From Chiloscyllium plagiosum (Eukaryota): a stretch of 64,000 nucleotides of DNA. The stretch spans positions 30,313,586 to 30,377,585 of the forward strand of contig NC_057736.1 in assembly GCF_004010195.1 (NCBI RefSeq), read 5' to 3'. Shown piece by piece: positions 1 through 13,800 of this stretch; within the stretch, counting starts at the first letter, position 1; each line of letters begins with the position of its first letter. The position numbers were made by a program, and so were the translations under genes. A model generated the notes under the pieces. That model was not told the origin of the DNA and did no database searches. It worked only from the letters and a program-made list of their open reading frames with translations.

Positions 1-399
1 AACCAATCATTTCCAAGTGTGCCCCTTATTTGTGAAGATCCAGGGTATGATTTGAAAGTACAATTCAAACCATGTTCTAAAATTAATATTTTGATGCTTT
101 TAGACAACTTTCAAATCCTGCGAGAAGTAAAGCTATTCCTTCAGAGCTACAAGCTACTAATAAGTTTGGGTTGGAAAATAGTCTCAATATTAAAACCATA
201 CACCTTAGTCACAGCAAAGCAGAGAAAATTCAGAAAGCTATGTCAGACAATGACTGGCTGCAGCAGCGGTAAAAGATCATCACTGGATCGCCTGAATATA
301 TTAAACAGATCTCTGAACAAGTCTATACCTTCTGACCTTTCAGAGACAAACTGAAACTCTCCAGGATCATAATTCTACAGGCAAACATGAGAATTCCAC

Positions 400-1260
400 A
401 ATCTCAACCTCAAAACATGTTGGACCACCTAACTTTAGCTGATATGGAGACAAATGAAGATTGGCAGCATGATCCTATCTAGTGGTCCAGCATCGATAAA
501 TCACACAAAGCTCCATTAATTTCAAAAACTGAAAAAACCTCTCCTTCAACATGAGATTCCTTTTGAACTGTGGTGTAAGATTGCGACTGATATTTTTCAT
601 TTCCAACAATATGATTAAATACTGGTCACTGACTACTACATCAGATTCCTTCAAGGTCATCACTAATAAAACAGTTGATGACACATTGACTGCTATATTC
701 AGTGTGTTTGGTATTCCTCAACAAATAGTGTCTGACAACTGTCCACACCACCCTCAGTCTAACAATTTCACGGAGATTATACAGTAAAGTCCATGATTTT
801 TTGGTGTAAAGCAGTTTGCCAATATTTTCTATGATACATGTACAGGCTGTTCCTCAAGGTAACAATTTAACCTGACTGGCAGCTCTCATGTTTGGGAAGA
901 AAGTCCACAGTTTCTTTTCCTCCAGCATACTCATCACCCAGCCATGAGTCCATAACATGTTACAAGGGACTGATCAATGAGCATGGAGACAGTTATCTCA
1001 ATTTGAACCAGGACAAAGCATCAGGATTCAAGACTGTCACAAGAACATTTGTTCTTATGTATCTACTCTAGGCCATATGATTTTGTATTAAGCAATGGTT
1101 AAGTCCTACAAAGGATAAGTGCTTTATCTGAACTGCATATAATCAACCAACTATCACACAGAATGATGATTGAAGATACCACACCTGACAACACACCTAC
1201 AATGAGTGATGCATACTTATCTGTGAAGCCAGACCGCACATCACAGAATGAACTGATACA
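400..1260 (+). mobile_element. Degenerate Gypsy-like LTR retrotransposon integrase remnant
   Basis: ORF 551..787 contains TVDDTLTAIFSVFGIPQQIVSDNCPHHPQSN, resembling the rve integrase motifs (F-G-I-P-x-x-I-V-S-D-N and HPQSN). Boundaries approximate. Confidence 0.55.
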
Positions 1261-1945
1261 GTCAAATCATTACACTATATAGATATAGATCAAATGCAGG
1301 CAATGGGACGTAAGTATTGCTAAATTGGTCAGCATGGACAAGTTGAACTGAAAGGTGTGTTTCCATACTGTATGACTCTATGTTGTCTGTCTGCCAAGGC
1401 ATTATCTCAATGAGTACAGATAATATATCCATTTCAGATTTGAATATATTTATCAGAAAATTTTTCCCATTTCCGAAAGGAAAAAAGGGATGATGCATAA
1501 TTGAGTAGATCCAAAATCAGGCAGGCTCTGTACTGTTGTTAGATGATATCACAATGTTCCAATACCCTCCTTACCTACATGACCAGGATCAGCCATAGCA
1601 ATAATGTTAACACCCTGCTTTTATTTGCTGAATATTTGCTCGCTGTACTCAGTAAGCACAGCATCCAGACTATGTGTAAGTCTAAGATCTCATAGCAAAG
1701 TAAGTAATTAATGTTGTTAATACAACAACCGTGTCTACATTGGCATATGTTATATGGGCTAACATATAGGGAACACACTGACAGTGATGTTGAACCTGGA
1801 AATTGCATCATGCTCTTTTGAAAATTTTTAGGCAAAATAATTTGCAGAGACTGTGATAACTACAGCAGCATAAAACTTGCATATAGTTGAGAAATTGTTA
1901 AAGTCAATTTTATTAAATGCTGTATTATTTTTCCATTGGGCAAAG

Positions 1946-3127
1946 GAGCAGCAATGTTAGGAGGTCCTCCAGTTGTTGGAATACTTGGATTTACCACAAA
2001 TGGTATAGCAGCAAAATCTATTGCATCATTAATGATGAAAATCACTGCATTATACTATGGTGGATCAGTGCCTGCAGGAAGTCTGGTATCAATACTTCAA
2101 AGTTTTGGTGAGTTATATGAATTTATGTGGACCAAATTTGTATTATACATTCTTTGTGTGAATCCTCAATTGTGTTACACTAGGAACATCTGTTACTGTG
2201 AATCCTCACGTCAACATTTTTACATTTGTTCCTAGAATGACAGAACTCCCACAGAAACTTTGATTTTATGTTTTGCAGATATAGGGATTATGTACTGCTC
2301 TACTGGGCTAGATTTTATAGAGAGGCAGTACTTGTCACATACCCTGTCTCCAATCATTAGCACATTGGTGGAGACATAAAGTGGCAACTGGGACTGTAAG
2401 GATAGCGATGAGGTTGAGTGATGGGAAATGGAGTGTGTTAGGTTGCTGGACTTTAAGGTAAGAAGGGCTTGAGCCTTCGAGGAACATGTGGATAGGGACG
2501 TCTGGGGTGAACTTTGGGGGCAGAGAGGAATAAATATAGGGTAACCCCTGATTGATGTGCCACTCCAATATCCTCCTGTCTTTTCAAATAAAAGCAGTAT
2601 ATAAAATGCTTTTTTTTTCACTCTGACCTGCCTCCCCCTGTTCAGCGTTATATGGCAGAGGAGGTATATTGGGTGCATTAATTGCCACTTATGGGCACTC
2701 AAGGTTCCCACTAGGAATAGGGGTGGATGGCCCAGTGTGTGCCTTACCATGGGGAATGGTTCAGGGTGAGCAGGAGAAAGCCGCTCTGGTGATCCAATAT
2801 ATTTTATGTACACCAACAGCCCTCACAAAGAACAGCAGTAAAACCTATCTATGATAGCCATGATTGCATATACCACCATTAATGGTTCAGAAAATTCTAG
2901 TCAAGCCTGTGATGCCCAAATCCCATGAGGAGTGAAAAGAAATCCAAATTGCTTCATTAATTCTTTAGTGAAGATCTTAGCAAAAAATACTAAATAACTA
3001 TGTTTTTCTTTCAACTGGGGCAAAAATTGGGCTTTCTACCTTCGGTTCATTTGGAGCTAAAATTGGATATGACTTCCATAAATATTTTGTGTGTGGAAAA
3101 AGTAAAAAGTCATCCTCAAAAGATTAA
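1946..3127 (+). CDS. IFI27: ISG12/IFI27-IFI6 family gene copy 1, divergent, 5' exons not identified (core exon 1946-2107, probable last exon 3018-3127)
   Basis: The 162-nt core exon (caaAG|GAGCA...TTTG|GTgagt) encodes GAAMLGGPPVVGILGFTTNGIAAKSIASLMMKITALYYGGSVPAGSLVSILQSF. The in-phase last exon encodes GAKIGLSTFGSFGAKIGYDFHKYFVCGKSKKSSSKD* and is followed by AATAAA at 3174-3179, but its acceptor reads cTG rather than cAG. Symbol is family-level only. Confidence 0.75.
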
Positions 3128-3919
3128 CATCAGCAAGCACTGGAAAAGGAATTAGGTGCATGGCTTAATTACAAATAAAGTACACTGTAGATTTCATACA
3201 GTTTGTGTGAATGAAAGTAAGATAAAAATTGTAAATGTTCCTGGCTAGTCTTGTTCTGATCAATGATTCTTCCATTTTGCAGTATACTATATTCACTCAA
3301 CAAGGAATTACAATGAAATGTTAGCAGCTATTTTCTTTTGCATAGGTTCCTTTGTTTATTATCTATTGTGAACTTGTATTGCTATTCAACTGTCTTCCAA
3401 CTTGGTTAGCCCAACATAGTGATCACAGCATAAATACAGTGCTGGCTGCAAGTTTCAACTCAAGAATAAATAAATTGATCCTGGTAGCGGACAAAATTAC
3501 GTTGAATGGAACAGACTCATTCCTTTCACATACAATTCACAAAGTGCTCTGCATATTTCAAAGATGGAATATTGTAAAGAAAACTGTGTGTGTGTGTTTT
3601 GGAGAGGGATCGTCGGTGGGGAGAGATTATAACCGCAAAAGCAGACAGGTTTGGGAATGAAAATATCTGAAAATCTCGAACACAATTCACAGTGAACCTG
3701 CCCATCTTTGTTTTAAAGGAGGCCAGACAGAGCAAACAAGCAACCCAAAATTTGGACTCCTCATTTAAAAGGTTTAAAGGGTCCTACACCTCAATTGTAT
3801 TTCTCTGTCAGGATTAACACTATTCAGGTTCACAATTAATTATCTTTCAAACATTGCTTGTGTGGCAGGAAGAACAGGAGCGCTTTCTCGAAGTCTTGAA
3901 ATTAGACGCCGTTATTATT

Positions 3920-4230
3920 GATAGTCATACAGTCATAGAGATGAGCAGCACCAAAACAGACCCTTCAGTCTAACGCATCCTTGCTGACCAGATATCCTAA
4001 ATAAAACCAGTCCCATTTGCCAGCATTTTATCCATATCCCTCTAAACCCTTCCTATTCATGTATCCATTCAGGTACCTTTTAAATATTGTAATTGTACCA
4101 GCCTCCACCACTTCCTCTGGCAGTACATTCCATACATGCATCACCCTCTGCATGAAGAAGTTGCCCTTAGATCCCTTTTAAATCTTTCCACTCTCACCTT
4201 CACTCTATGCTCTCCAATTTTGGACTGCCC
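3920..4230 (-). mobile_element. CR1 LINE 3' end fragment
   Basis: Typical CR1 3' UTR/tail in reverse (agtcatagag...gacccttc), similar to other CR1 tails in the window. Confidence 0.6.
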
Positions 4231-4234
4231 TGCA

Positions 4235-6420
4235 TATATCAATGAGAGGGAAGGACTGTAGTGAAAGGAGTAATTAGCCATGGAGAACTAAGGAAATAAA
4301 AGAAGGTATCAAACTGAAAGCAAATGCACAAAGTGGCAAAGTTTAGTAGGAAACAAGGGGATTGGAAAATCTTTAAAGATCATCAGAAAGCCACGAAATA
4401 TTCTGTAAAGAAAATTAAGATAGATTATAAGAGTAAACTAGCTCAGATATAAAATGAAAAATTTAAACATTGACCTCTTAGAAGCTGAGAAGGCAGATTT
4501 AATAATGGGAAATGAGGAAATGGCTAAGACATTGAACAGGTATTTTGTGTTTCTCTTCAAAATGGAAGAAACAAATAATATGTCAATAGTTGATGACAAG
4601 GAGGCTATGGCAGGTGAGGACATGGAAACCATCATTATCATGAAAGAGGTAGTGTTAGGCAAGCTGATAGGTTTATAGATAAACAGGTCTCTTGGCCCTG
4701 ATGGAATGCATCCCAGAGGTCTAAAGAGATGGTGGAGGAGATAGCTGATGTGCTCGCAATAATTTACCAAAATTCAATGGACTTGCCAGCAGATTTGAAA
4801 ACAACAAATGTGATGCTACTGTTTAAGGAAGGAAGTAAACAAAAGGCAGGTAACTATAGGCCTGTTAGCTTAACTTATACTGTGGGGAAAATGCTTGAAT
4901 CTATAATCAAGGGAAAAAAACGAGACATTTGTATAGAAATTGCGCTAATTTGCAGACACAGCATGGGTTCATGAAAGGCAGGCCATGTTTAACTAATTTA
5001 CTGGAATTCTTTGAGAACATTATTTATCCGGTGGACAAAAGGGAATCAATGGATGTGGTGTATCTGGATTTCTAAATGACATTAACAAGATTCCGCACAA
5101 AAGGTTGTTGCATAAGCTAAATATGCATGGTGTTACAGGCAATGTATTACCATGGATAGAAGATTTGTTGACCAACAGGAAGCAAAGAGTGGGGACAAAT
5201 GGGTATTTTTCTGGTTAGCAATCAGTGGCTAGTGGTATATCTTAGAGATCAGTCTTGGGACCTCTATTGTTTACAATTTATATAGATAATTTAAAGTTGG
5301 GGATGAAGTGTGGTGTGTCAAGGTTTGCAGATGACACTAGCATGAGTGGTAGAACAAAGTGTGCAGAGGATACTGAAAGTCTGCAAAGGGATATAGATAG
5401 GTTAAGTGAATGGGTACAGGTCTGGCAGATGGAGTACAATGTTGGTAAGTGTGAGGCCATTCATGTTAGTTGGAAAAACAGCAAAATGAACTATCATCTA
5501 AATGGTGAAAAATTGCAGCATGTTGCTGTGCAGAGGGACCTGGGTGTCTTTGTGCACGAATCATGAGAAGTTGGTTTGCAGCTGCAGCAGGCAATTAAGA
5601 AGGCAAATGGAATATTATCCTTCATTGCGAGAGGGATGGAGTTTAAAAAACAGGGAGGTTATGTTGCAGCTGTATAGGGTGCTGGTGAGGCCATATCTGG
5701 AGTATTGCATGCAGGTTTGGTCTCTTTACTTGAGAAAAGATGTACTGACAGTGGAGGGGGTGCAGAGGAAGTTCGCAAGGTTGTTTCTGCAACTGAGAAT
5801 GTCACCTTATGAATAGAGATTGAGTAGAGTGGGACTGAACTCACTGCAATTTAGAATAATGAGGGGGGATCTGACAGAAACATATAAAATTATAAGGGAA
5901 TTGACAGAATAGGAGCAGGGAGGTTGTTTTCACTAGTGGGTGAAACTAGAACTAGGGGGTATAGCCTCAAAATAAGGGGGAGCAGATTTTGGACTGAGTT
6001 GAGGAGGAACTTCCTTATCCAAAGGTTGTCAATCTGTGGAATTCCCTGCCCAGTGAAACAGCTGAAGAGAAATCAGAGTTAACATCTGATGACCCTTCCT
6101 TAGAACTGACCCAAAATGTTAACTTTGATTTCTCTTCATAGATGCTGCCAGACCTGCTGAGCTTTTCCAGAAACTTCTGATTTACTTCATCCACAGTTCT
6201 TTCAGTTTTTATAAAGCAGTTGAGGCAACCTTGTTGAATGTTTTTCAGGAAAAGATAGATAGAGTTTTGAACATAAAGGAATTAAGGGTTATCATGAGCA
6301 GGCAGACAAGTGGAGCTGAGACCATGAATAGGTCAGCCACGATCTTATTGAATGGTGGAGCAGGTTCGAAGGTCGAGATGGACTACTCCTGCTCCTACTG
6401 CTTATGGTTTTATGTTCCAC
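4235..6420 (+). mobile_element. Degenerate CR1-type LINE ORF2 (reverse transcriptase) with a small internal insertion at ~6065-6210
   Basis: Broken ORFs with GNYRPVSLT, GPLLFTIYI, FADDT, WQMEYNVGKCE, QRDLGV and LYRVLVRPYLEYC motifs; many stops and frameshifts. Confidence 0.9.
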
Positions 6421-6735
6421 CTTAGGGAAAAGACCTTGACTATTTACCCTATCCATTCCCCTCATGATTTTATAAACCTCCACAAGGTCACCCTTCAGTT
6501 TCTAACCCTCCAGAGAAAATAACCTCAGCCTATTCAGCCTCTCCCTATAGCTCAAACCCTTCAACTCTGGCAGCATCCGTGTAAATCTTTTCTGACCCTT
6601 TCAAGATTAACAACATTCTTCCTATAGCAAGGAGACCAGAATTGAACACAATATTCAAAGAGTGGCCTAACCAATATCTTGTACAGCCACAGCATGACCT
6701 CTCAACTCCTGTACTTAATGCACTGACCAATAAAG
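6421..6735 (-). mobile_element. CR1 LINE ORF2 C-terminal fragment
   Basis: Minus-strand EVYKIMRGMDRVNSQGLFP and adjacent RT-tail sequence. Confidence 0.8.
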
Positions 6736-7469
6736 GATCAGACCCTTGCAAGCTATGACACTTACTGCAATTGAATTTCCACCACTTCACTTGTGCTCCC
6801 TCCAGTGCCACTTGCCAAATCATCTACAGTGATTGGAACCAGGCAGATCTTATTGAATATGAGACCCTTGATTAGGATTGTTAACTTAGGTCAGTCAGGG
6901 GCACAGGCTGACAGATATAAACAGGGAATTCCAAAAAAAAAGGAATTCAGAATTTCCTCACTTCAGTGACTGACTCCGAGCTGGCTATACTGTACACATG
7001 TAAATAAAAGGTGACTTGGTGACAGGATACTGGCCTCTGTGCAGTTATTTCATCATCCAACTCACACAATGCTGTTATTACATGTCACCAGATGTCAAGT
7101 GTAATTTTCATCAGATTCTTTGATGCAGTGCTTCAATTTGTACCCCTTCAATGATTGATGAGGAGATACAGGCCAAATTATATTTTGTAGGGGGCTTTAG
7201 GACTCAGGTGCAACTTTATGATGGAGTCACAGAACTGCTTCCCACTGTGAATACATAGTGCAGTGCGCCTGGAATTAAGAGATTTGAAGAAAGAAGCACA
7301 TGTAGAGAATTGTCTTTCAATAATGTAACAGTAAGATTAGAGGCTGGTATATCTCACATTACCATGTATATTTAATATTAGTCACAAATAAACGGAGCTC
7401 TAAAAAGGCCTAAGGCTGGAGACAGTTCTTGATTGTCGCTCTTGAACTGAAACACTTAAATGTGAACAT

Positions 7470-7854
7470 ACATAGGAATTAGAGATGATAGACAGCAATT
7501 CACCGAGCCTGCTCTGCCATTTAACATGACCATGGCTGATCTTATCCTGGTCTCAAATCCACTTTCCTGCTTGGTTCCCATAGTCCTTTATCCCACTTTT
7601 CATCAGAAACATACTTATTTCTTTTTTGAATCTGTTGATTGATACTGCTTCCACTGCACTCAGAGACAATGAGTTCCACAGATTCACAACCCTCAAGAGA
7701 AGTAGTTTTTCCTCATCTAAGTTTTGAACTGACTTCCTCTCACCCTATATCTATGACCTCTTGTTTGAGACTGCCCCACTAGAGGGATCATCTTCTCAAT
7801 GTCCACCGAATCAATCTTTTTAAGCATGTTATATACCTCAGTCAAATGCCCCCT
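7470..7854 (-). mobile_element. CR1 LINE 3' fragment interrupted by the ERV LTR
   Basis: Minus-strand RGHLTEVYNMLKKIDSVD...TRGHRYRVRG, ending exactly at the LTR start. Confidence 0.75.
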
Positions 7855-10800
7855 TGTGGGAGAAATTGACCAAAATTGACACAAAACTGTGTGGAAGCCA
7901 TATTTGTCACAAAGCAATGTTTGCAGTAAAATGTATCCTGCTAGAATAGTGCTGTTTGAGGCCTGGCTGAGACATTCTATTTTAACAGCTGCAGGCGGTC
8001 TCTGCTCCTCAGGCCAATAGATAGTTCTGCTCTCTATGTATTGTTTCACTCTGCCCCTTATCAGTTGTTCTTACCTAGCTAAACCTGCAGTATAAAATAA
8101 CATTCAATTTTGTAGACATTAGGAAATGTGGATCTGGACGATGTTGGTGAACCTTACGACTGCCCCTAGGTTTCGTAATTAATGGGTAGTGGGCTTGTAT
8201 TTTACTATATAAAATCATAGAGATGTACAGCATGGAAACATATCCTTCGGTCCAACCCGTCCGTGTATTTCATTGGAATGCATTGGACTTCTCTGAATGA
8301 AGACGTACATTCCCCATGGCAATGATAAAGCTAGTTAATTGTTCAAGGTCTCGACTCCTGACTATTTGGTTTTAAATGATTTGGCGTAAGATTTACTTTT
8401 CCCTAACAATTGGCATAGCCGACAGGAACTCTATTTTACGAGGTTTTCTTGAACCTGTTGCTATTTTACGAGGTCCTCACTGAATCTGCTTGATTAAGGT
8501 TCCCCTTGGGCCCACTTATGAGGAATGCCCCTGAGCCTGCTGTGAGTTTGCTTTTGGTTTTATTTTTTTCTTTGTTTTGGTCTTGTTTTTGTTTTAAAAA
8601 AAGAGGGGAACGACAGAGTTAAAATATCAGCCGGCTGCATGATCTGGCCCAGAGTTAACAGGCTGATCTATTTTTAAGGGAAAGATAGAACATAGAACAG
8701 TACAGCACAGAACAGGCCCTTCAGCCCACGATGTTGTGCCAACCACTGATCCTCAAGTATGTACCCTCAAATTTCTGTGACCATATGCATGTCCAGTGGT
8801 CTCTTAAATGACCTTGCTTCCACAACTGCTGCTGGCAACGCATTCCATGCTCTCACAACTCTCTGTGTAAAGAACCTGCCTCTGACATCCCCTCTATACT
8901 TTCCTCCAACCAGCTTAAAACTATGACCGCTCGTGTTAGTCATTTCAGCGCTGGGAAATAATCTCTGGCTATCGACTCTCTCTATGCCTCTCATTATCTT
9001 GTATAACTCAATTAGGTCCCCTCTTCTCCTCTTTTTCTCCAATGAAAAAAGTCCAAGCTCAGTCAACCTCTCTTCATAAGATAAGCCCTCCAGTCCAGGC
9101 AGCATCCTGGTAAACCTCCTCTGAACCCTCTCCAAAGCATCCACATCTTTCCTATAATAGGGCAACCAGATCTGGATGCAGTATTCCGAGTGCGGTCTAA
9201 CCAAAGTTTTATAGAGCTGCAACAAAATCTCACGACTCCTAAACTCAATCCCCTGTTAATGAAAGCCAAAACACCATATGCTTTCTTAACAACCCTGTTT
9301 ACTTGGGTGGCCATTTTAAGGGATCTATGTATCTGCACACCAAGATCCCTCTGTTCCCCCACACTGCCAAGAATCCTATCATTAATCCTGTACTCAGCTT
9401 TCAAATTCGACCTTCCAAAATGCATCACCTCGCATTTATCCAGGTTGAACTCCATCTGCCACCTCTCAGCCCATCTCTGCATCCTGTCAATGTCCCCCTG
9501 CAGCCTACAACAGCCCTCTAGACTGTCAACGACACCTCCAAGATTTGTGTCATCTGCAAACTTACTGACCCATCCTTCAATCCCCTCATCCAAGTCATTA
9601 ATAAAAATTACAAACAGAAGAGGCCCAAGGACAGAGCTCTGTGGAACACCACCCACCACTGACATCCAGGCAGAATATTTTCCTTCTACTACCACTCGCT
9701 GTCTTCTGTTGGCCAGCCAATTCTGTATCCAGACAGCTAAGTTCCCCTGTATCCCATTCCTCCTGACCTTCTGAATGAGCCTCCCATGGGGAACCTTATC
9801 AAATGCCTTGCTGAAGTCCATATACACCACATTGACAGCTCGACCCTCATCAACTTTTCTGGTCACATCCTCAAAGAACTCGATAAGGTTTGTGAGGCAT
9901 GACCTGACCCTCACAAAGCCGTGTTGACTGCATTTAATTAAGCAATGCTCTTCCAGATGGTCATAAATCCTATCCCTCAGAATCTTTTCTAACACCTTGC
10001 AGACGACAGACATGAGACTGACTGGTCTCTAATTGCTGGGGTTTTCCCTATTTCCTTTTTTGAAGAGAGGAATTACATTTGCCTCTCTCCAGTCCTCAGG
10101 TACGACTCCAGTGGAGAGCGAGGATGCAAAGATCTTCACAAGTGGCGAAGCAATCGCATTTCTCGTTTCCTAAAGCAGCCAAGGACAAATCTGGTCCGGG
10201 CCTGGTGACCTGTCAATCTTAATGTTTGACAAAATTTTCAGCACATCAGTTTCCTCTATCTCTATCAATTCCAGCATGCACACCTGCTCTTCAAAGGTTT
10301 CATTCACTACAAAGTTCATTTCTTTCATAAAGACAGAAGCAAAAAACTCAGTTAGGGCTTCCCCTACCTCCTCAGACTCCACACACAAGTTCCCTATGCT
10401 ATCCCTGATTGGCCCTACTCTTTCTTTGACCATTCCCTTATTCCTCACATAAGTGTAAAATTCCTTTGTGTTCTCCCTAATCCGTCTGCCAAGCCTTTCT
10501 CGTGCCCCCTCCTGGCTCTCCTCAGACCATTTTTGAGTTCCTTCCTCAAAAATGCCTGTCTGTAATCCTGTTGAGCTGAGCTTGACCCTCGCTTCCTCCA
10601 CCTTATGTAAGCTATCTTCTTCCTTTTGACGAGAAGCTCCACCGCTCTCGTCATCCAAGGTTCCTTTATCTTACCCCTTCATATTTATTCATCACTCGCA
10701 ACAACTGTTCCTTAAACAGTCTCCACAGTCTATAGTGCCTTTACCATGGAACAATTGCTCCCAATCCATGCTTCTTAACTCATGTCTAATCGCATCATAG

Positions 10801-13800
10801 TTTCCTCTTCCCCAATTAAACATCCTCCCATTTTGCCTAATCCTCTCCTTCTCCATAGCTCCGTAGAATGTGAGGCAGTTGTGGTCACTATCACCAAAAT
10901 GCTCTCCCACCACAAGATCTGATACCTGCCCTGGCTCGTTTCCGAGCACCAAGTCTAGAATGGCCTCTCCCCTCGTCAGCCTGTCAACGTACTGAGTTAG
11001 GAAACCCTCCTGAACACACTTTACAAAAACAGCTCCATTCAAATCTTCTGCTCGAAGAAGGTTCCAATCAATATTGGGAAAGTTAAAGTCATCCATTACA
11101 ACAACCCTACTACGTCCACACTTTTCCAAAATCTGCTGACCTATGCTTTCTTCCATTTCCCTGCTGTTTTTGGGGGGCCTGTAGTAATCCCTAATGAGGT
11201 GACTGCTCCCTTGCTGTTCCTAATTTCCACCCATGCTGACTCGGTAGGCAGATCTTCCTCAACAATGGAAGATGCTGTGGCAAGATGGTTACCAGAAGGA
11301 CGGCAGTGGTGGGGTTGCATGGAGCATTACAGGCCAGACTGAGCTGATGTAAAGGGAAAGACGCTGTGGCGAGATGGAAATCGGCAAGAATAATTTCTAA
11401 ATTCAGGTGACCTTGAGTCATTGACAGCTGCGGCCGCACTTGTTTGGCCTTGTGTGTCGTTGTTCTTTTCCTTTTACAGGTTACAGACCTGCGCCACGGA
11501 CTGGTGACGTTCCGATGGGATCGGTGAATTCCAAGCATCCGACAGAAAGGCTGCCCCCGGGGGACAAGTAAATCTCGTCTTCCTGAGCAGGGCGGCCAGT
11601 GTCTGTTTGCTGTCTTGAGGAAAACAAAGAATCGCCCGTGGTAAATCTGTTCGAATCAAGAATAAGGATACCCCAGTCCGACCAGGTCACTGACCGATAT
11701 TGTTTGAGAGATGAAATATAGAGAGTGGTTGCTGCTTTGGTCACGTCCAAAAAAAAGGAAAGCTGGCCAGGGACAAAACTCTTGTGTCAATGTCTCATGG
11801 TTAATTTGAAGCTTGGCTGCATTAATTCATTATTAATTAATAAATGGCAGGATAAAGCCGATAGTAGATGGAAAGATACCTTGCTGGCCAGTTGGATGAA
11901 TTATACATGCGATAGGGGGAGAGAGGTATGTACAGAGATGGAAGCTGAGTGAAGTTAAAAGCTGAGTGTGAATAGGTAGATGAAAAACAAAGGGAATACG
12001 AGAAACAGTGTAAAGCCACTAAAGCTGAGGAATAAAAAAAAGGTTAAAGCAACAACGCTGTAAAATAAAATGAACTTACATTCTACTCATAATCCCGAGG
12101 CTATGTCTGGTAAACCGACCCAATTTGAGGAAGGGGATGACACTGATAGGGCTGAGGCATAGGGATACCCACTGAGCTACTAACATCTCCCGATAGTCCC
12201 CAGCACACCCCCTGATTATAAACCTTCCCTTACTCTGAAGATGAAGGGGCCAGTCTCGGTCACCAGCTTCATAGCCAACATCACTGGGGTGAGAGGCCTG
12301 AGCCATCCTAAACCAGGGGCCATCCCGGGAATCACAGTAATGTTAATGAACCAAGCCCCTGACTGCAAGAAGAAACCAGAACTATTTCCTCAATATGTCC
12401 AAAGAGCAATACAGATGTAAAGGCAGCAAAATTCTGGGAGTGACCTGAATAAGAATGGCTTGTGTTCTCAGACTGAAATATGTGGCCAGCTGTCTGACAA
12501 AAGTGGTATACAGCCCACAAATGAAAAATAATCAAGGAGCTGACTCACCTTTGCTTAACCCTACGCTTTTGCAAAGTATTCCTTCTGGTGTCGCCGACAT
12601 GATACACACAAACAATGTGAACTAGTCCAAGAATTCCTGGTCCCTAATGAAGTGAGCAGTGATTTTCTACTGGGATTAAACTATGAGTTAAATTCCAGGT
12701 AAAACCTAATATGTCCAGCAACCTCATGATCCCTAAAATCCATGTGCTAACTTTGAGGGGGTTAATTGAGACCAGCATACCCACTGGGGGCAGAACCTAC
12801 CTCAGATGCCCACCCAGCGACCACCACTGAATAACCCTTTACTGAGGGGACTCTGGAAATGGGGACAGGCTGCCCACAGAACTACACCTTTGGGACTGAG
12901 AATAAAATGGTGAAATCCTCCAGGGACAAATTGCAGGCCTTTGCGTTTACTATGAAAATATGGCCACTGGGGAGTGATGTGTCCTTAATGTTACCTTGGA
13001 GTTAACATAGGGATCGACGTGCTTGCATCCTAGCAAAAGGAAAATCTGCAAATATACACTGACTCTCATTGTGCTTTTTGACATGGCCTGATTGATTGGA
13101 GCCTTGTGGGAACATAGAGGATTTTTAACCTCTATAGGGACAACCTATTAGTAATTTGTTGTGTCCAATCAATCTGGCAGTTATCAAGATGTTCCACTCA
13201 CACTGAGGCAACTTATACAGTCTCCAAAGGAATGAGCAGCTAGATGCTGCTGCCAAGCAGGCAGCCTTACACCCCAAACTTCTGGTCCCATTGGGGTCCC
13301 AGCAAAATCTGATTACAGACAATACAAGGACGGGTATATGAATCAGGAGATGAATTGATAGATGAATCAAAACCATCCCAATGACTGATACTGCTGCCAC
13401 AACAGTGGTGGACAAGTGGGAAACATTTGCATCAGTTAACCAAACTCTTTAACGTTTACGTTCACAGGTATGTCAAGCCTAATAATTAAGACCAGGGCAA
13501 ATTGGAGCCTAGGTGGAAAGGCCTGTTCCTCATCCTTCTGGGTACCTTTTCAGCAGTCAGGGTCAAGGGGATGCCCGAACGGACGCACACGTCGCAATGC
13601 AAAAGAGCGCCACCCCCTGGAGGAAGACCAAAAGACCCTGTCAGAGACACCTGTTCAGTCTCCATCTGTGAATGGCTCAGCCTGATCACTCTGCCTTTTA
13701 GTACACTCTTTCTTAGCTTCCTTTCACTATCTATTTTTGATTGGGGCACAATGGGTAGCCTGATAACCTCTAGTAAATGGGAATTACAGTTTAATATTTT

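Noticed and set aside
1936-2235. ORF-track single-exon proteins at 1936, 27746, 38649, 40494 and 58243
   Set aside because: Their N- and C-terminal extensions are intron read-through with non-ATG starts; only the 162-nt cores bounded by AG/GT are coding.
2232-2816. 194-aa minus-strand ORF in the copy 1 intron
   Set aside because: No recognisable domain or splice support; likely a chance ORF in old repeat-derived sequence.
9063-10013. 316-aa reverse transcriptase as a retron/DGR/defence RT
   Set aside because: Motifs and flanks are those of a frameshifted eukaryotic CR1 LINE ORF2 with a typical tail.
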